Positions 8,754 to 17,440 of a DNA stretch of 32,000 bases are shown here, in pieces; position 1 is the stretch's first letter, and the number at the start of each line of letters is the position of its first letter. The position numbers and the translations under genes are program-made. This DNA is from Candidatus Electrothrix sp. GW3-4 (GTDB lineage Bacteria; Desulfobacterota; Desulfobulbia; Desulfobulbales; Desulfobulbaceae). The notes beneath the pieces were generated by a model. That model was not told the origin of the DNA. It did not search any database and saw only the letters and a list, made by a program, of their open reading frames with translations. The DNA lies in assembly GCF_037902255.1 (NCBI RefSeq), contig NZ_CP147990.1, positions 3,060,001 to 3,092,000 of the forward strand. Reading direction: 5' to 3'.

Positions 8754-11228
8754 ATGAATCAGGAAGTCAACGGGGACAGGAATATTGTCGCAGGTCGGGA
8801 TGTCAATATCACGATTCAGGACGGAAAATCGGCCCCGCCTCCCCTCTCCAACAAATTCCAGCTTGCCAAGCTGCCGCGCACCGATGCCCGGCTTTTCGGC
8901 AGGGAAGAGGAACTAAACCTGCTTGACCAAGCCTGGCAGGAGGAAAAGACTAAGGTGCTGGTGCTCACCGCCTTTGGTGGCATGGGCAAGACCGCCCTGA
9001 TGCAGACCTGGCTGGACGCAAAAGGCTATGCAGGCGCGGATGCGGTCTATACTTGGTCCTTCTATTCTCAGGGCACAGCCGAAGACCGGCAGGCATCGGC
9101 GGCGGAGTTCTTTGCCAGCGCCCTGCCCTGGTTCGAGCATGACGGCAGCCCGCTGCCCTCGGAGCATGACCGGGGCCTGCGGTTGGCCGAGCTGGTCTGT
9201 CGTCAGCGTACCCTGCTCATTCTTGACGGTCTGGAGCCGCTGCAATATCCCTTAGCCGGGGCGATGGATGGTGCCTTGCGGGATAAGGGAATACTCTGCC
9301 TTTGCCGTCAGTTGGCAGCACAGAATAACGGTTTATTGCTCATCTCCTCCCGCCAGCCGGTGCAGGAGCTGGTCGATCGACCCGGTGTGGAGCAGCACGA
9401 GCTGGACCCGCTTTCCAAAGCAGCCGGGGTGGAACTCTTTCGGGCGGCAGGCATCATCGGCACGGACAAGGAGCTTGTTGCCGCAGTGAATACCTATAAC
9501 GGCCATGCCCTGTCACTGAATCTGCTGGCGACCTATCTGTGCGAATACGAGAACGGAGACATCCGTAAGCAGGACAGCCTGCGTTGCCTGACCGAATTCC
9601 CGGAAGAGACCCGCACCAGTCGCCACGCCTTTAAGGTGATGGCAGCATACGAGCAACAGTTATCTGGCACAGCGGATTTGCAGGTGCTCTACAGTCTTGG
9701 ATTATTTGATCGTCCGGTGTCTGCCGGAACGATGAACTGCCTCCGTGAATCAGAAATTGAGCACGTCGGTGGGCCGAATAATGACAAAGTTTTTCATGCG
9801 GCCTGTAGACGGCTGCGCAGATTGGGGCTGCTGAACAGGGATGATGCGGAGCATCCCGGCACACTTGACTGCCACCCGTTGGTGCAGCAGTATTTCGGCA
9901 AACGCTTAGAGGAGTTGCACCCTGAAAGCTGGCAGCAGGCCCATGCCCGGCTGTACGAGTATTTCAAGGCACTGCCGGATAAGGAGCTGCCCGATACTTT
10001 GGAGGAGATGGAACTGCTCTTTGCTGCGGTGCGGCATGGGTGTGCGGCGGAGATGCACCATGAGACGCTGCATAAGGTATATTATCCAAGAATATTAAGA
10101 AATAATGAAGATTATCTATGTGTTAAAATTGGCTCGACGAATGCTGATCTTACTATTTTATCTCGTTTTTTTGATAAACTTTGGCAGGTACCGATCTCAA
10201 CGTTAAGTAACTACGATAGGGCTCTGCTGATAAGTAGGGTGGGATTCATTCTGCAGGGATTAGGTCGCCTAAATGAGGCACTTCCAACAATACAAGTTGG
10301 GCTTAAATGGTATATCAATCAGGATGACATGATAAATGCAGCAATCATGGCTGGGAATTTAAGTCAATTATATCTATCTATCGGTGAGGTTAGCAAAGCG
10401 GTTAATGCTGGTCGTCAGGGCTTTGAATTTGCCGTTAAGAGCAATTGTACTTCTCAGCGAATTGATAGTCTGACTGACCTTGCTGATGCTCTGCATCAAA
10501 GCGGTACGGTTTATGAATCCCGTGACCTTTTTGTTGAAGCGGAAAAGAAGCAGAAATTGGAAGCTGACCTGCTGTATTCTATGCGCGGGATTCATTACTG
10601 TGATTTACTGCTGACAGCAGGGGGATGGCACGAGGTCAAAAAACGAGCAAAAAAGACATTAGGATGGGTAAAAAAGGATGGTGGTTTATTAGACGTTGCC
10701 TTGGATGAACTTTCTCTGGGGCGAGCTGCTGTGCAGGAGGCGATTGCCCTGTCCGATCAGCTTACCGTTTTTTCACATCTCGGTCTTGCGCCAGATTTAG
10801 CATGCCTTTCTCTGCCCGGAAGCACCATAGCATCGGCCAATCGAGTTATTGAAGCCATGCGCCGGGCCAATGATTGGCTAAATCAGGCGGTTAATGGTCT
10901 GCGTGAAGCAGGACAGGAAGACGATTTGCCTCGCGGCCTGCTTGCCCGTGCCGCGTGGCACCGGTGGGCAGCGGTGCTGCTTGATCAATCCGACATCACC
11001 CAAGCTGTGCAGGATTTGCAGGAAACCGAAGAGATCGCCCAACGCGGTGGCATGAAGCTGCACCTGATTGATTTCCACCTTGAGGCGGCCCGCCTGAGCC
11101 TTACCGCAGACCACGACATCCTCGGCCGCACCCCTGCCGAACATCTGGCCGCTGCCAAAAAAGGCATTGACGAAACCGGCTATAACCGCCGCCTGCCCGA
11201 AGTAAAAAACATCGAAGAATTGCTTTAA
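8754..11228 (+). CDS. STAND-class P-loop NTPase (NB-ARC/AAA_16-like) with C-terminal TPR-like repeats and a short N-terminal motif in place of an effector domain (bacterial NLR-like)
   Basis: 824 aa. The N-terminus is MNQEVNGDRNIVAGRDVNITIQDG. LFGREEELNLLDQAW precedes Walker A (AFGGMGKTAL, 8976..8993). Walker B is RTLLILDGLE and an MHD-like CHPLVQQYF is present. The C-terminal ~380 aa is helical-repeat/TPR-like (e.g. LGRLNEALPTIQVGLKWY, AGNLSQLYLSIGEVSKAVNAGRQGFEFA). Confidence 0.85.
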   Translation: MNQEVNGDRNIVAGRDVNITIQDGKSAPPPLSNKFQLAKLPRTDARLFGREEELNLLDQAWQEEKTKVLVLTAFGGMGKTALMQTWLDAKGYAGADAVYTWSFYSQGTAEDRQASAAEFFASALPWFEHDGSPLPSEHDRGLRLAELVCRQRTLLILDGLEPLQYPLAGAMDGALRDKGILCLCRQLAAQNNGLLLISSRQPVQELVDRPGVEQHELDPLSKAAGVELFRAAGIIGTDKELVAAVNTYNGHALSLNLLATYLCEYENGDIRKQDSLRCLTEFPEETRTSRHAFKVMAAYEQQLSGTADLQVLYSLGLFDRPVSAGTMNCLRESEIEHVGGPNNDKVFHAACRRLRRLGLLNRDDAEHPGTLDCHPLVQQYFGKRLEELHPESWQQAHARLYEYFKALPDKELPDTLEEMELLFAAVRHGCAAEMHHETLHKVYYPRILRNNEDYLCVKIGSTNADLTILSRFFDKLWQVPISTLSNYDRALLISRVGFILQGLGRLNEALPTIQVGLKWYINQDDMINAAIMAGNLSQLYLSIGEVSKAVNAGRQGFEFAVKSNCTSQRIDSLTDLADALHQSGTVYESRDLFVEAEKKQKLEADLLYSMRGIHYCDLLLTAGGWHEVKKRAKKTLGWVKKDGGLLDVALDELSLGRAAVQEAIALSDQLTVFSHLGLAPDLACLSLPGSTIASANRVIEAMRRANDWLNQAVNGLREAGQEDDLPRGLLARAAWHRWAAVLLDQSDITQAVQDLQETEEIAQRGGMKLHLIDFHLEAARLSLTADHDILGRTPAEHLAAAKKGIDETGYNRRLPEVKNIEELL

Positions 11229-11620
11229 CATGGCATTATCCCAACAACACCCAAAAGAAATGACATTTTACGCATAAAGTAACTTAGTTGTCACTCCACG
11301 ACAAATCTTGATCCCGGCCTTGGTTCCCCCCGAACACCTTGTCCTTTTAAGGGAATAAAGACACAATAAATTAATCGCAAATGAAAACAAAGAGCTAGCA
11401 AGAAGAAAAACAAATATATTTCTACCAGCACCCCCCATAACATTTCTTCGCACCTCCTCTTCACTCCACAGCCCCGCCTTACATTTATGTATATAGCGCC
11501 AGCAAAGAACCCAATATTGTAAACTTTCCTCCCTTATTGACCACTCAAACACCCTCCCTCTCACTCTCCAACACTTTGATTTTCCACCCCTTCTCGCATC
11601 ATCTCGAAAAAACAAAAAAT

Positions 11621-11636
11621 TGGCACATGATGTGGA
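11621..11636 (+). promoter_or_regulatory. Partial sigma-54-like element upstream of nifV (good -24, poor -12)
   Basis: TGGCAC-atgat-gTGGa has a perfect -24 hexamer, but the -12 position reads GG instead of GC. It lies 83 nt upstream of the nifV ATG. I found no TGT-N10-ACA site within 220 bp upstream. Confidence 0.3.
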
Positions 11637-11718
11637 TACTTATATCTATATCTTTTTTTTACCAGTAGTTCAGATTCCGTCGTCTCCCTGAACTGAGCGA
11701 CCAAATCATAACGAACAG

Positions 11719-12834
11719 ATGCGCATCAATCAGCCTCAACTTATTGACTCCACCCTTCGGGAAGGGGAGCAGACCCCCAGTGTTGCTTTCACTGATCAGG
11801 ATAAGCACAAAATTATTCAGGGACTCTGCCGCATTGGCGTTGACGAAATTGAACTCGGTATAGCATCTCCGCTCAACACCTATCTGCCCAATCTTGTCAA
11901 GGAGGCCAAAAAAATAACCGCAGGATCCTGCCGTCTCAGCCTGTGGTGCCGGTGCAAAGCAGAGGATATTGCCTTTGCCGCCACCTGTTTCCCTGACCTG
12001 CTGGCCCTGTCCATTCCGGTTTCAGACCCCCATATTCAGGAACGACTGGGAAAAGACAGAGATTGGATAAGCAAAACCCTTACTGCTTCGCTTCAACAGG
12101 CCTGGGCTGCTGGCATCCCTGCTGTTTCTGTGGGAATGGAAGATGCCTCCCGGGCTGACACGGATTTTCTTGTTGCAACGGCAAAAATTGCTCAGCAGCA
12201 CGGGGCAACTCGAATTCGTTTGGCAGACACGGTGGGTATCTGTTCTCCGGCTCGTATGACACGCCTCGTGCAGACAATGAAAGAGGCTGTCTCACTGCCG
12301 GTTGCTGTCCACTGTCATAATGATTTCGGCATGGCCACTGCCAACTCCATTGCCGCTTTGGAGGCCGGGGCTGACAGTCTTGACGCCACTGTGCTCGGCC
12401 TTGGCGAACGAGCAGGCAACTGCCGTCTCGAAGAGGTTATCGGCTACCTTGCTCTCGTACTCGGTGAACAAAGGTACCACCCGGAATTTCTGCCAGAACT
12501 CTGCCAACTCGTGGCAGAAAGCGCAGGAAGAGATATTGCTGAAAACCATCCCTTGGTCGGTTCAGCCATATTCACCTGTGAAAGCGGGTTACATCAACAT
12601 GGGCTGACTGTTAATCCAGATATGTACGAACCATACGCCCCAGAACGTGTCGGCGGAACACGACGACTCCGTTTCGGGGAAAAAACCGGGGCCAGAGCTA
12701 TCCAGCTGCAACTCCATAAGGCAGGGCTTCGACTTGATGAAATGCAGATCAAAGACTTGGTCCATCGGATACGTTCCGGCGGGCAGGTACTTAACCAGGA
12801 GCAGCTTCTCCGCTTTGCCGCTAAATGCTGCTAA
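11719..12834 (+). CDS. nifV: Homocitrate synthase NifV
   Basis: 371 aa. LIDSTLREGEQTP and HCHNDFGMATANSIAALEAGA are DRE-TIM metallolyase motifs of the IPMS/homocitrate synthase family. The protein is short and lacks a LeuA regulatory domain. nif neighbourhood. Confidence 0.88.
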   Translation: MRINQPQLIDSTLREGEQTPSVAFTDQDKHKIIQGLCRIGVDEIELGIASPLNTYLPNLVKEAKKITAGSCRLSLWCRCKAEDIAFAATCFPDLLALSIPVSDPHIQERLGKDRDWISKTLTASLQQAWAAGIPAVSVGMEDASRADTDFLVATAKIAQQHGATRIRLADTVGICSPARMTRLVQTMKEAVSLPVAVHCHNDFGMATANSIAALEAGADSLDATVLGLGERAGNCRLEEVIGYLALVLGEQRYHPEFLPELCQLVAESAGRDIAENHPLVGSAIFTCESGLHQHGLTVNPDMYEPYAPERVGGTRRLRFGEKTGARAIQLQLHKAGLRLDEMQIKDLVHRIRSGGQVLNQEQLLRFAAKCC

Positions 12835-12859
12835 AAAATCTGAATAAGAGGAAAAAATC

Positions 12860-14488
12860 ATGCTTAAGGAGAAAGAGGAAGCCAACCTCTTCCCCAACCA
12901 GAGCTTCATCACCGAAGGTACTGAAGCACTGGAAATCAAGGCGTTATATCGTATTGTCAAACTCATCGGGTCTGCTGTCCATCTGGACACGACCCTCTCT
13001 GCCATCCTCAAGGTTCTCCATGATACCTTACGCATGGAACGTGCCACCTTGGCACTTCTTGATGAAAAGCAGGAGCACCTGAGCATCCGTGCCTCATACG
13101 GCCTGAGCATCAAAGAGGAACAGCGCGGTATCTACAATCTTGACGAGGGGATCTATGGCAAGGTCTTCCGTAGCGGAGCTCCATTCATTGTCCCTGATAT
13201 CAACAGCGAGCCCCTTTTCCTGAACCGTACCGGTTCTCGCCAGATGTTTAGTAAAACCAAGCTCTCCTTTATCGGGGTACCGGTACTGCTCAAAGAAAGA
13301 CCCGTAGGCGTTCTCAGTGTTGATCGCCTTTTCGGCTTAGAGATCTCCCTTGAAGAAGATGTCCGCTTTCTGACGGTCCTGTCCACCCTGATCTCCCAGT
13401 TTCTCAACCTGAACCAGGCGATTCGCCAGGACCGCGAGAAGCTGGTTTCAGAAAATCAGAGCCTCAAGGCCCGGCTCCATGCCCGTCATAAAAAACATTA
13501 TATTATCGGCAAGTGCAAAACTATGCAGGAGGTCTTCTGGAGCATTGAACGGGTTGCACCAAGCCGCGCCAGTGTGCTGCTCCTTGGAGAATCCGGTACC
13601 GGAAAAGAGCTGGCTGCCCAGGCTATCCACGAGGCCAGTCCTCGACGAGAAAATCCTTTTGTGAAGATTAACTGTGCCGCCTTGCCTGAGACCCTTCTGG
13701 AAAGTGAGCTCTTTGGCCATAACAAAGGTGCCTTTACCGGTGCTGACGGGACCAGGGAAGGACGCTTTGAGCTGGCAGATACAGGTACCCTCTTCCTTGA
13801 CGAGATCGGTGAGATGCCCCTCCCCCTTCAGGCAAAATTGTTGCGGGTCCTTCAGGAACAGCAGTTTGAGCGTTTGGGTTCAAATCGGACCATCAATGTA
13901 GATGTCCGTATCATTGCAGCAACCAATGTCAGCCTGGAAAAGGCGGTTGCTAATGGTAGCTTCCGTAATGACCTCTACTATCGACTCAACGTGGTCCCCA
14001 TTGTTCTGCCTCCGCTTCGGGAGCGAAAGGATGACATCCCTCTCTTGGCGGATTTCTTCCTTAAAGCGAGCAATAAACGGAATGACAAAAATGTACGGAT
14101 GACCAGAGAGTTCCTGGATTTAATGACTGATTACGACTGGCCAGGCAATGTCCGAGAGCTCCAGAACCTGATGGAGCGCCTGGTTATCCTCTCCACAGGC
14201 GACATGCTCTCTGTCCACGACCTTCCAGGATACTTCCTCCAGCCTCCGGGTGAACGGCTCATACCGGACAGAGAAGAACCAACTCGGCCTCTTCAGATGC
14301 ATGAGCAAAGAATGACAGAAAACGGAAGCCCTCGTTCTCTCCAGGAATTGGAACGCGAGCAGGTGGAAGCGGCCCTGAAACGGCACGGCTGGGTTCAGGC
14401 TCGGGCAGCCCGTGAACTGGGTCTTACTCAACGCCAGATCGGCTATCGGATTAAGAAATTTAGTCTCAAGCGCCCTACATTATATTGA
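12860..14488 (+). CDS. nifA: Sigma-54-dependent transcriptional activator, NifA-like (GAF-AAA+-HTH)
   Basis: N-terminal GAF-like region. Walker A is GESGTGKE, the sigma-54 contact loop is GAFTGA, and Walker B is LFLDEIGE. C-terminal Fis-type HTH: [22 protein letters not shown]. There is no receiver domain. It starts 25 nt after nifV. Confidence 0.8.
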   Translation: MLKEKEEANLFPNQSFITEGTEALEIKALYRIVKLIGSAVHLDTTLSAILKVLHDTLRMERATLALLDEKQEHLSIRASYGLSIKEEQRGIYNLDEGIYGKVFRSGAPFIVPDINSEPLFLNRTGSRQMFSKTKLSFIGVPVLLKERPVGVLSVDRLFGLEISLEEDVRFLTVLSTLISQFLNLNQAIRQDREKLVSENQSLKARLHARHKKHYIIGKCKTMQEVFWSIERVAPSRASVLLLGESGTGKELAAQAIHEASPRRENPFVKINCAALPETLLESELFGHNKGAFTGADGTREGRFELADTGTLFLDEIGEMPLPLQAKLLRVLQEQQFERLGSNRTINVDVRIIAATNVSLEKAVANGSFRNDLYYRLNVVPIVLPPLRERKDDIPLLADFFLKASNKRNDKNVRMTREFLDLMTDYDWPGNVRELQNLMERLVILSTGDMLSVHDLPGYFLQPPGERLIPDREEPTRPLQMHEQRMTENGSPRSLQELEREQVEAALKRHGWVQARAARELGLTQRQIGYRIKKFSLKRPTLY

Positions 14489-14570
14489 TCAATCAGCTAC
14501 CATAAATTTCAAGCGTAGATCTAGAAGCCGAATGTTTGCGCTCCTACGCTCCTCCTCTCCCCAGACGTTA

Positions 14571-14607
14571 GAAAAAAATGCAGAGCCTGAGAAGTCAGAC
14601 TCTGCAT
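14571..14607 (-). terminator. Rho-independent terminator after the 816-aa surface-protein gene (possibly also serving convergent nifA)
   Basis: The minus strand reads ATGCAGAGTCTGA-CTTC-TCAGGCTCTGCAT (one mismatch), followed by TTTTTTT, 26 nt past the stop at 14633. Confidence 0.75.
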
Positions 14608-14632
14608 CCCTCCAAAATTTTCGGCCGAGCCA

Positions 14633-17083
14633 TTACTTCTTAGATTTCCCTGGATTTGCAACCAGCACATGTCCTTCTGCAGTCGTTGCATTGCCGGATT
14701 GATCTGTCGCTGTGATCGTCCAGGCGATATTGTCGCCGACCCCGCCGGAATCGGCAATAGTCAGTGTATCTCCAGACGTACTGACGACACAGGACTGCAT
14801 TTTACTGTGCTCCGTGCCGTTCCCGGTAAAACCATAGCAGCGGTAATCCACTATCTCAACTATTGCTGAACAGTTATCTGCTGCGCTTGCCGTGAATGAA
14901 ACAGGTGCATCCGGTGGAATAATGGTCTCAGGTGCATTTGTATTTATAATCGGAGCAACATTGTCCTCTACAGTAACCATGGCAGCGGCGGAGCTTGTAT
15001 TACCGTTTACATCTATTGCAGTCAAGGTAACAGAGTTTGCTCCCAAATCACTGCAGGTAAAATTTGATGGATCAACGGTCAATGAAGCAATGCCGCATGC
15101 ATCGGACGTTCCATTATCAATTGCAGGAGCCGTTATTGAACGGTTACCATGGATATCGAGCGAAACAATAATGTGTTGAGCCCGTACATTCGGCGGAGTA
15201 ACATCGGCAACAACCACCTGCTGTGTCTGACTTGACGTGTTCCCCTTGCCATCGTCAAAGGTCCAGGTTACCTTATGCTCTCCCTGCTCACTGTAACTCA
15301 GAGGATCATTTGTGGTTCCGACAACTGCCCCGGCACAGTTATCCAGTGCCCTGGCTGGAGAAGATATGGTTGCCGAACACTCTCCTGTTACCTGCGGCAG
15401 AGGTGCCACATCAGGGACAGGCGGCAAACTATCAACGACTGTCACATTGGCCACGCAGGAACCAGATGCATTGCTGTCATCGGTTACAGTCAGAGTAACC
15501 GCATGTTGCGCACCTATATCCGCGCAGGTGAAGTTCGTTCTGGAAAGACCGAAGATTATCGGATCTCCATCTGGATCATAAGAACCGTTGTCAACCGGAA
15601 AAGGCGTTAGTACAGCCTGACCATTGGAATCAAGAGTCAGTGTAACATCTTTGCATTGAGCCACAGGCGATTCATTAGGCGGCAATACCCACTCCACAAC
15701 AGCTTCATTGGACGTTAATATATTGCCCTGACTATCCTCAAAACTCGCAACGACAATATCTGTACCAAGGGTGGTTCCGGTATAGACAAGCACTGCTTTT
15801 CCTTTACTATCTGTAGCGATAGTCTCATTCAATCCTGCATGGGGACCGGATATGACAATAAATGTAACATCCCGGTCAACAACAGGATCTCCACCATCAT
15901 CTTGAACAGTTGCAGCAACGGAATATTCATCAGTTACCTCATGGATTACGGAAGCAGGAGAGAGTATAATACCTTCACCCACCACAGCGGTTGTTGAACC
16001 GAAGAACAAGGCTGCGAAAAAAATACTATCATCATTGGAAGGATTGAAGGTGTCAATCGTAATCCCTGTATCACCATCACTCACATAAGGAAGGAGATCA
16101 TACAGCTCATCATCCGTTCGTTGGTTCACAGGGCCTGCATAGGGATTGACAGGATTCGCGGGACTGTCACCGATACCGCCCACGGTTATCAGCCCGCCAT
16201 TATCTGCATACCCATCATCTTGGCCGCCAGCACTTGAGGTCAGGCGTATATTGTTAACATCAACCTCACTAAACTGATACCTATAGATGTCAGACTGGTA
16301 ACCATAGGAGATCCCCAAAGAGAATTCCATAAACAAATTCGGATCAGAGGTGTTAACAGGTTCAGAGAGACCAATATGAAATGTATCTCCTGATGTCTGC
16401 TGGGCACCAAAAAACAAGACAACGGTATTACTAACTGTCTGATTCGGATCATCAAAGATCACTGCAAGGATAGAACCGTCCAGATTTATTATTTCCTTGA
16501 GCGTGATATTAATAATTCCAGCGGGAGCGGCATCAACAAGCGGGGCGATAATGGGCGTTACGTCTGCCCAGGCATGATCTATTCCCCACCTAAGAGGCCC
16601 AAAAACATCAGTATCCAGACTAACCTGGTATTCCCAGCCAACATTGACATCATTTAGCACCACCGCTCCATCCGGTAACGGAGTACCACTAAGACCCCAG
16701 ACATCGGCTGTGGCCAGATAAGCCCCTCGCACAGTAGCACCTGCTGGCTTACTCACTTGGATGCTCCCCTCTATATTGGTTGCGACCCCTAATCCGTCAA
16801 CCGAAAGAGTTATAAAACCGGTTTCAGAGACAACGGGCTGAAGTTTAGTCGAAGAGGACTTAGCTGCAGAGCTTTGATCATAACTCATCTCCGGCATCGA
16901 AATATTATCAATGTCAGCAAGACTCCTTTCAACGGTGCTGGGGACAGGTGCAAACAACTCGACAGTTCCTGGTTCATTTTGAGCAATTCCGGGAAATGCC
17001 CAAAATAAATGTACCAAGAAAAATAAAAAAACCAACAACAGCCTACTTTTAAAAGATAAAACCATATCCCCTCCATTTTTCAA
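14633..17083 (-). CDS. Large secreted surface or adhesin-like protein with Ig-like (Big_1-like) and HYR-like repeats
   Basis: 816 aa. Signal peptide: LLLVFLFFLVHLFWAFPGIAQ. The ~330-aa N-terminal domain is unassigned. There is a Big_1-like segment (ATVQDDGGDPVVDRDVTFIVISGPH...) and repeated modules ending NFTC(A/S)D(I/L)GA..VTLT..D..GN..S......VTV.D. A HYR-like segment reads GECSATISSPARALDNCAG...HKVTWTFDDGKGN. Confidence 0.8.
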   Translation of the reverse strand: MKNGGDMVLSFKSRLLLVFLFFLVHLFWAFPGIAQNEPGTVELFAPVPSTVERSLADIDNISMPEMSYDQSSAAKSSSTKLQPVVSETGFITLSVDGLGVATNIEGSIQVSKPAGATVRGAYLATADVWGLSGTPLPDGAVVLNDVNVGWEYQVSLDTDVFGPLRWGIDHAWADVTPIIAPLVDAAPAGIINITLKEIINLDGSILAVIFDDPNQTVSNTVVLFFGAQQTSGDTFHIGLSEPVNTSDPNLFMEFSLGISYGYQSDIYRYQFSEVDVNNIRLTSSAGGQDDGYADNGGLITVGGIGDSPANPVNPYAGPVNQRTDDELYDLLPYVSDGDTGITIDTFNPSNDDSIFFAALFFGSTTAVVGEGIILSPASVIHEVTDEYSVAATVQDDGGDPVVDRDVTFIVISGPHAGLNETIATDSKGKAVLVYTGTTLGTDIVVASFEDSQGNILTSNEAVVEWVLPPNESPVAQCKDVTLTLDSNGQAVLTPFPVDNGSYDPDGDPIIFGLSRTNFTCADIGAQHAVTLTVTDDSNASGSCVANVTVVDSLPPVPDVAPLPQVTGECSATISSPARALDNCAGAVVGTTNDPLSYSEQGEHKVTWTFDDGKGNTSSQTQQVVVADVTPPNVRAQHIIVSLDIHGNRSITAPAIDNGTSDACGIASLTVDPSNFTCSDLGANSVTLTAIDVNGNTSSAAAMVTVEDNVAPIINTNAPETIIPPDAPVSFTASAADNCSAIVEIVDYRCYGFTGNGTEHSKMQSCVVSTSGDTLTIADSGGVGDNIAWTITATDQSGNATTAEGHVLVANPGKSKK

Positions 17084-17376
17084 TTGAAACTGACCACGTC
17101 AAAATCATCATACTGCGTTGTAATATTGCCTCTTTCTTTTCTCTTGAAAATATTGATCCGACGGGGCCCCATATTTTTCCCAAGGTACCCCCTGCTCGGC
17201 AGCATGTCAATTTATTATACAAAAACAAAAAGATAAGTGATAAATTACCAATAACAACTAAGAGAAAATCTCATTACCAGCCCCCTCTCTCAACGAGCAA
17301 ACAGCTACCGGAATAGAGCCAAAAACAATTCTGGCCTCAGCCCAACCAAAACTCGGCATTGAAGGAAATTACTCAT

Positions 17377-17414
17377 AAAAAAAGAGGGGCGTCAGCTTAT
17401 GCTGACGCCCCTCT
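17377..17414 (-). terminator. Strong rho-independent terminator after the 338-aa gene
   Basis: The minus strand reads AGAGGGGCGTCAGC-ATAA-GCTGACGCCCCTCT, a 14-bp perfect stem, followed by TTTTTTT, 27 nt after the stop at 17441. Confidence 0.85.
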
Positions 17415-17440
17415 TTATATTTTACATGACATTGACTCAG

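Noticed and set aside
8217-11300. Calling the cassette a mobile element or genomic island with defined ends.
   Set aside because: No integrase, transposase, tRNA target or convincing flanking direct or inverted repeats were found. There is only a weak AACATG...ATCCC resemblance at 8317 and 11226. Insertion remains an inference from context and composition.
11268-11615. 115-aa minus-strand ORF in the gap between the cassette and nifV.
   Set aside because: It has no ribosome-binding site and its composition is odd (Arg/Gly/Trp/Cys-rich). It is explained by extreme G/C strand skew in this non-coding tract.
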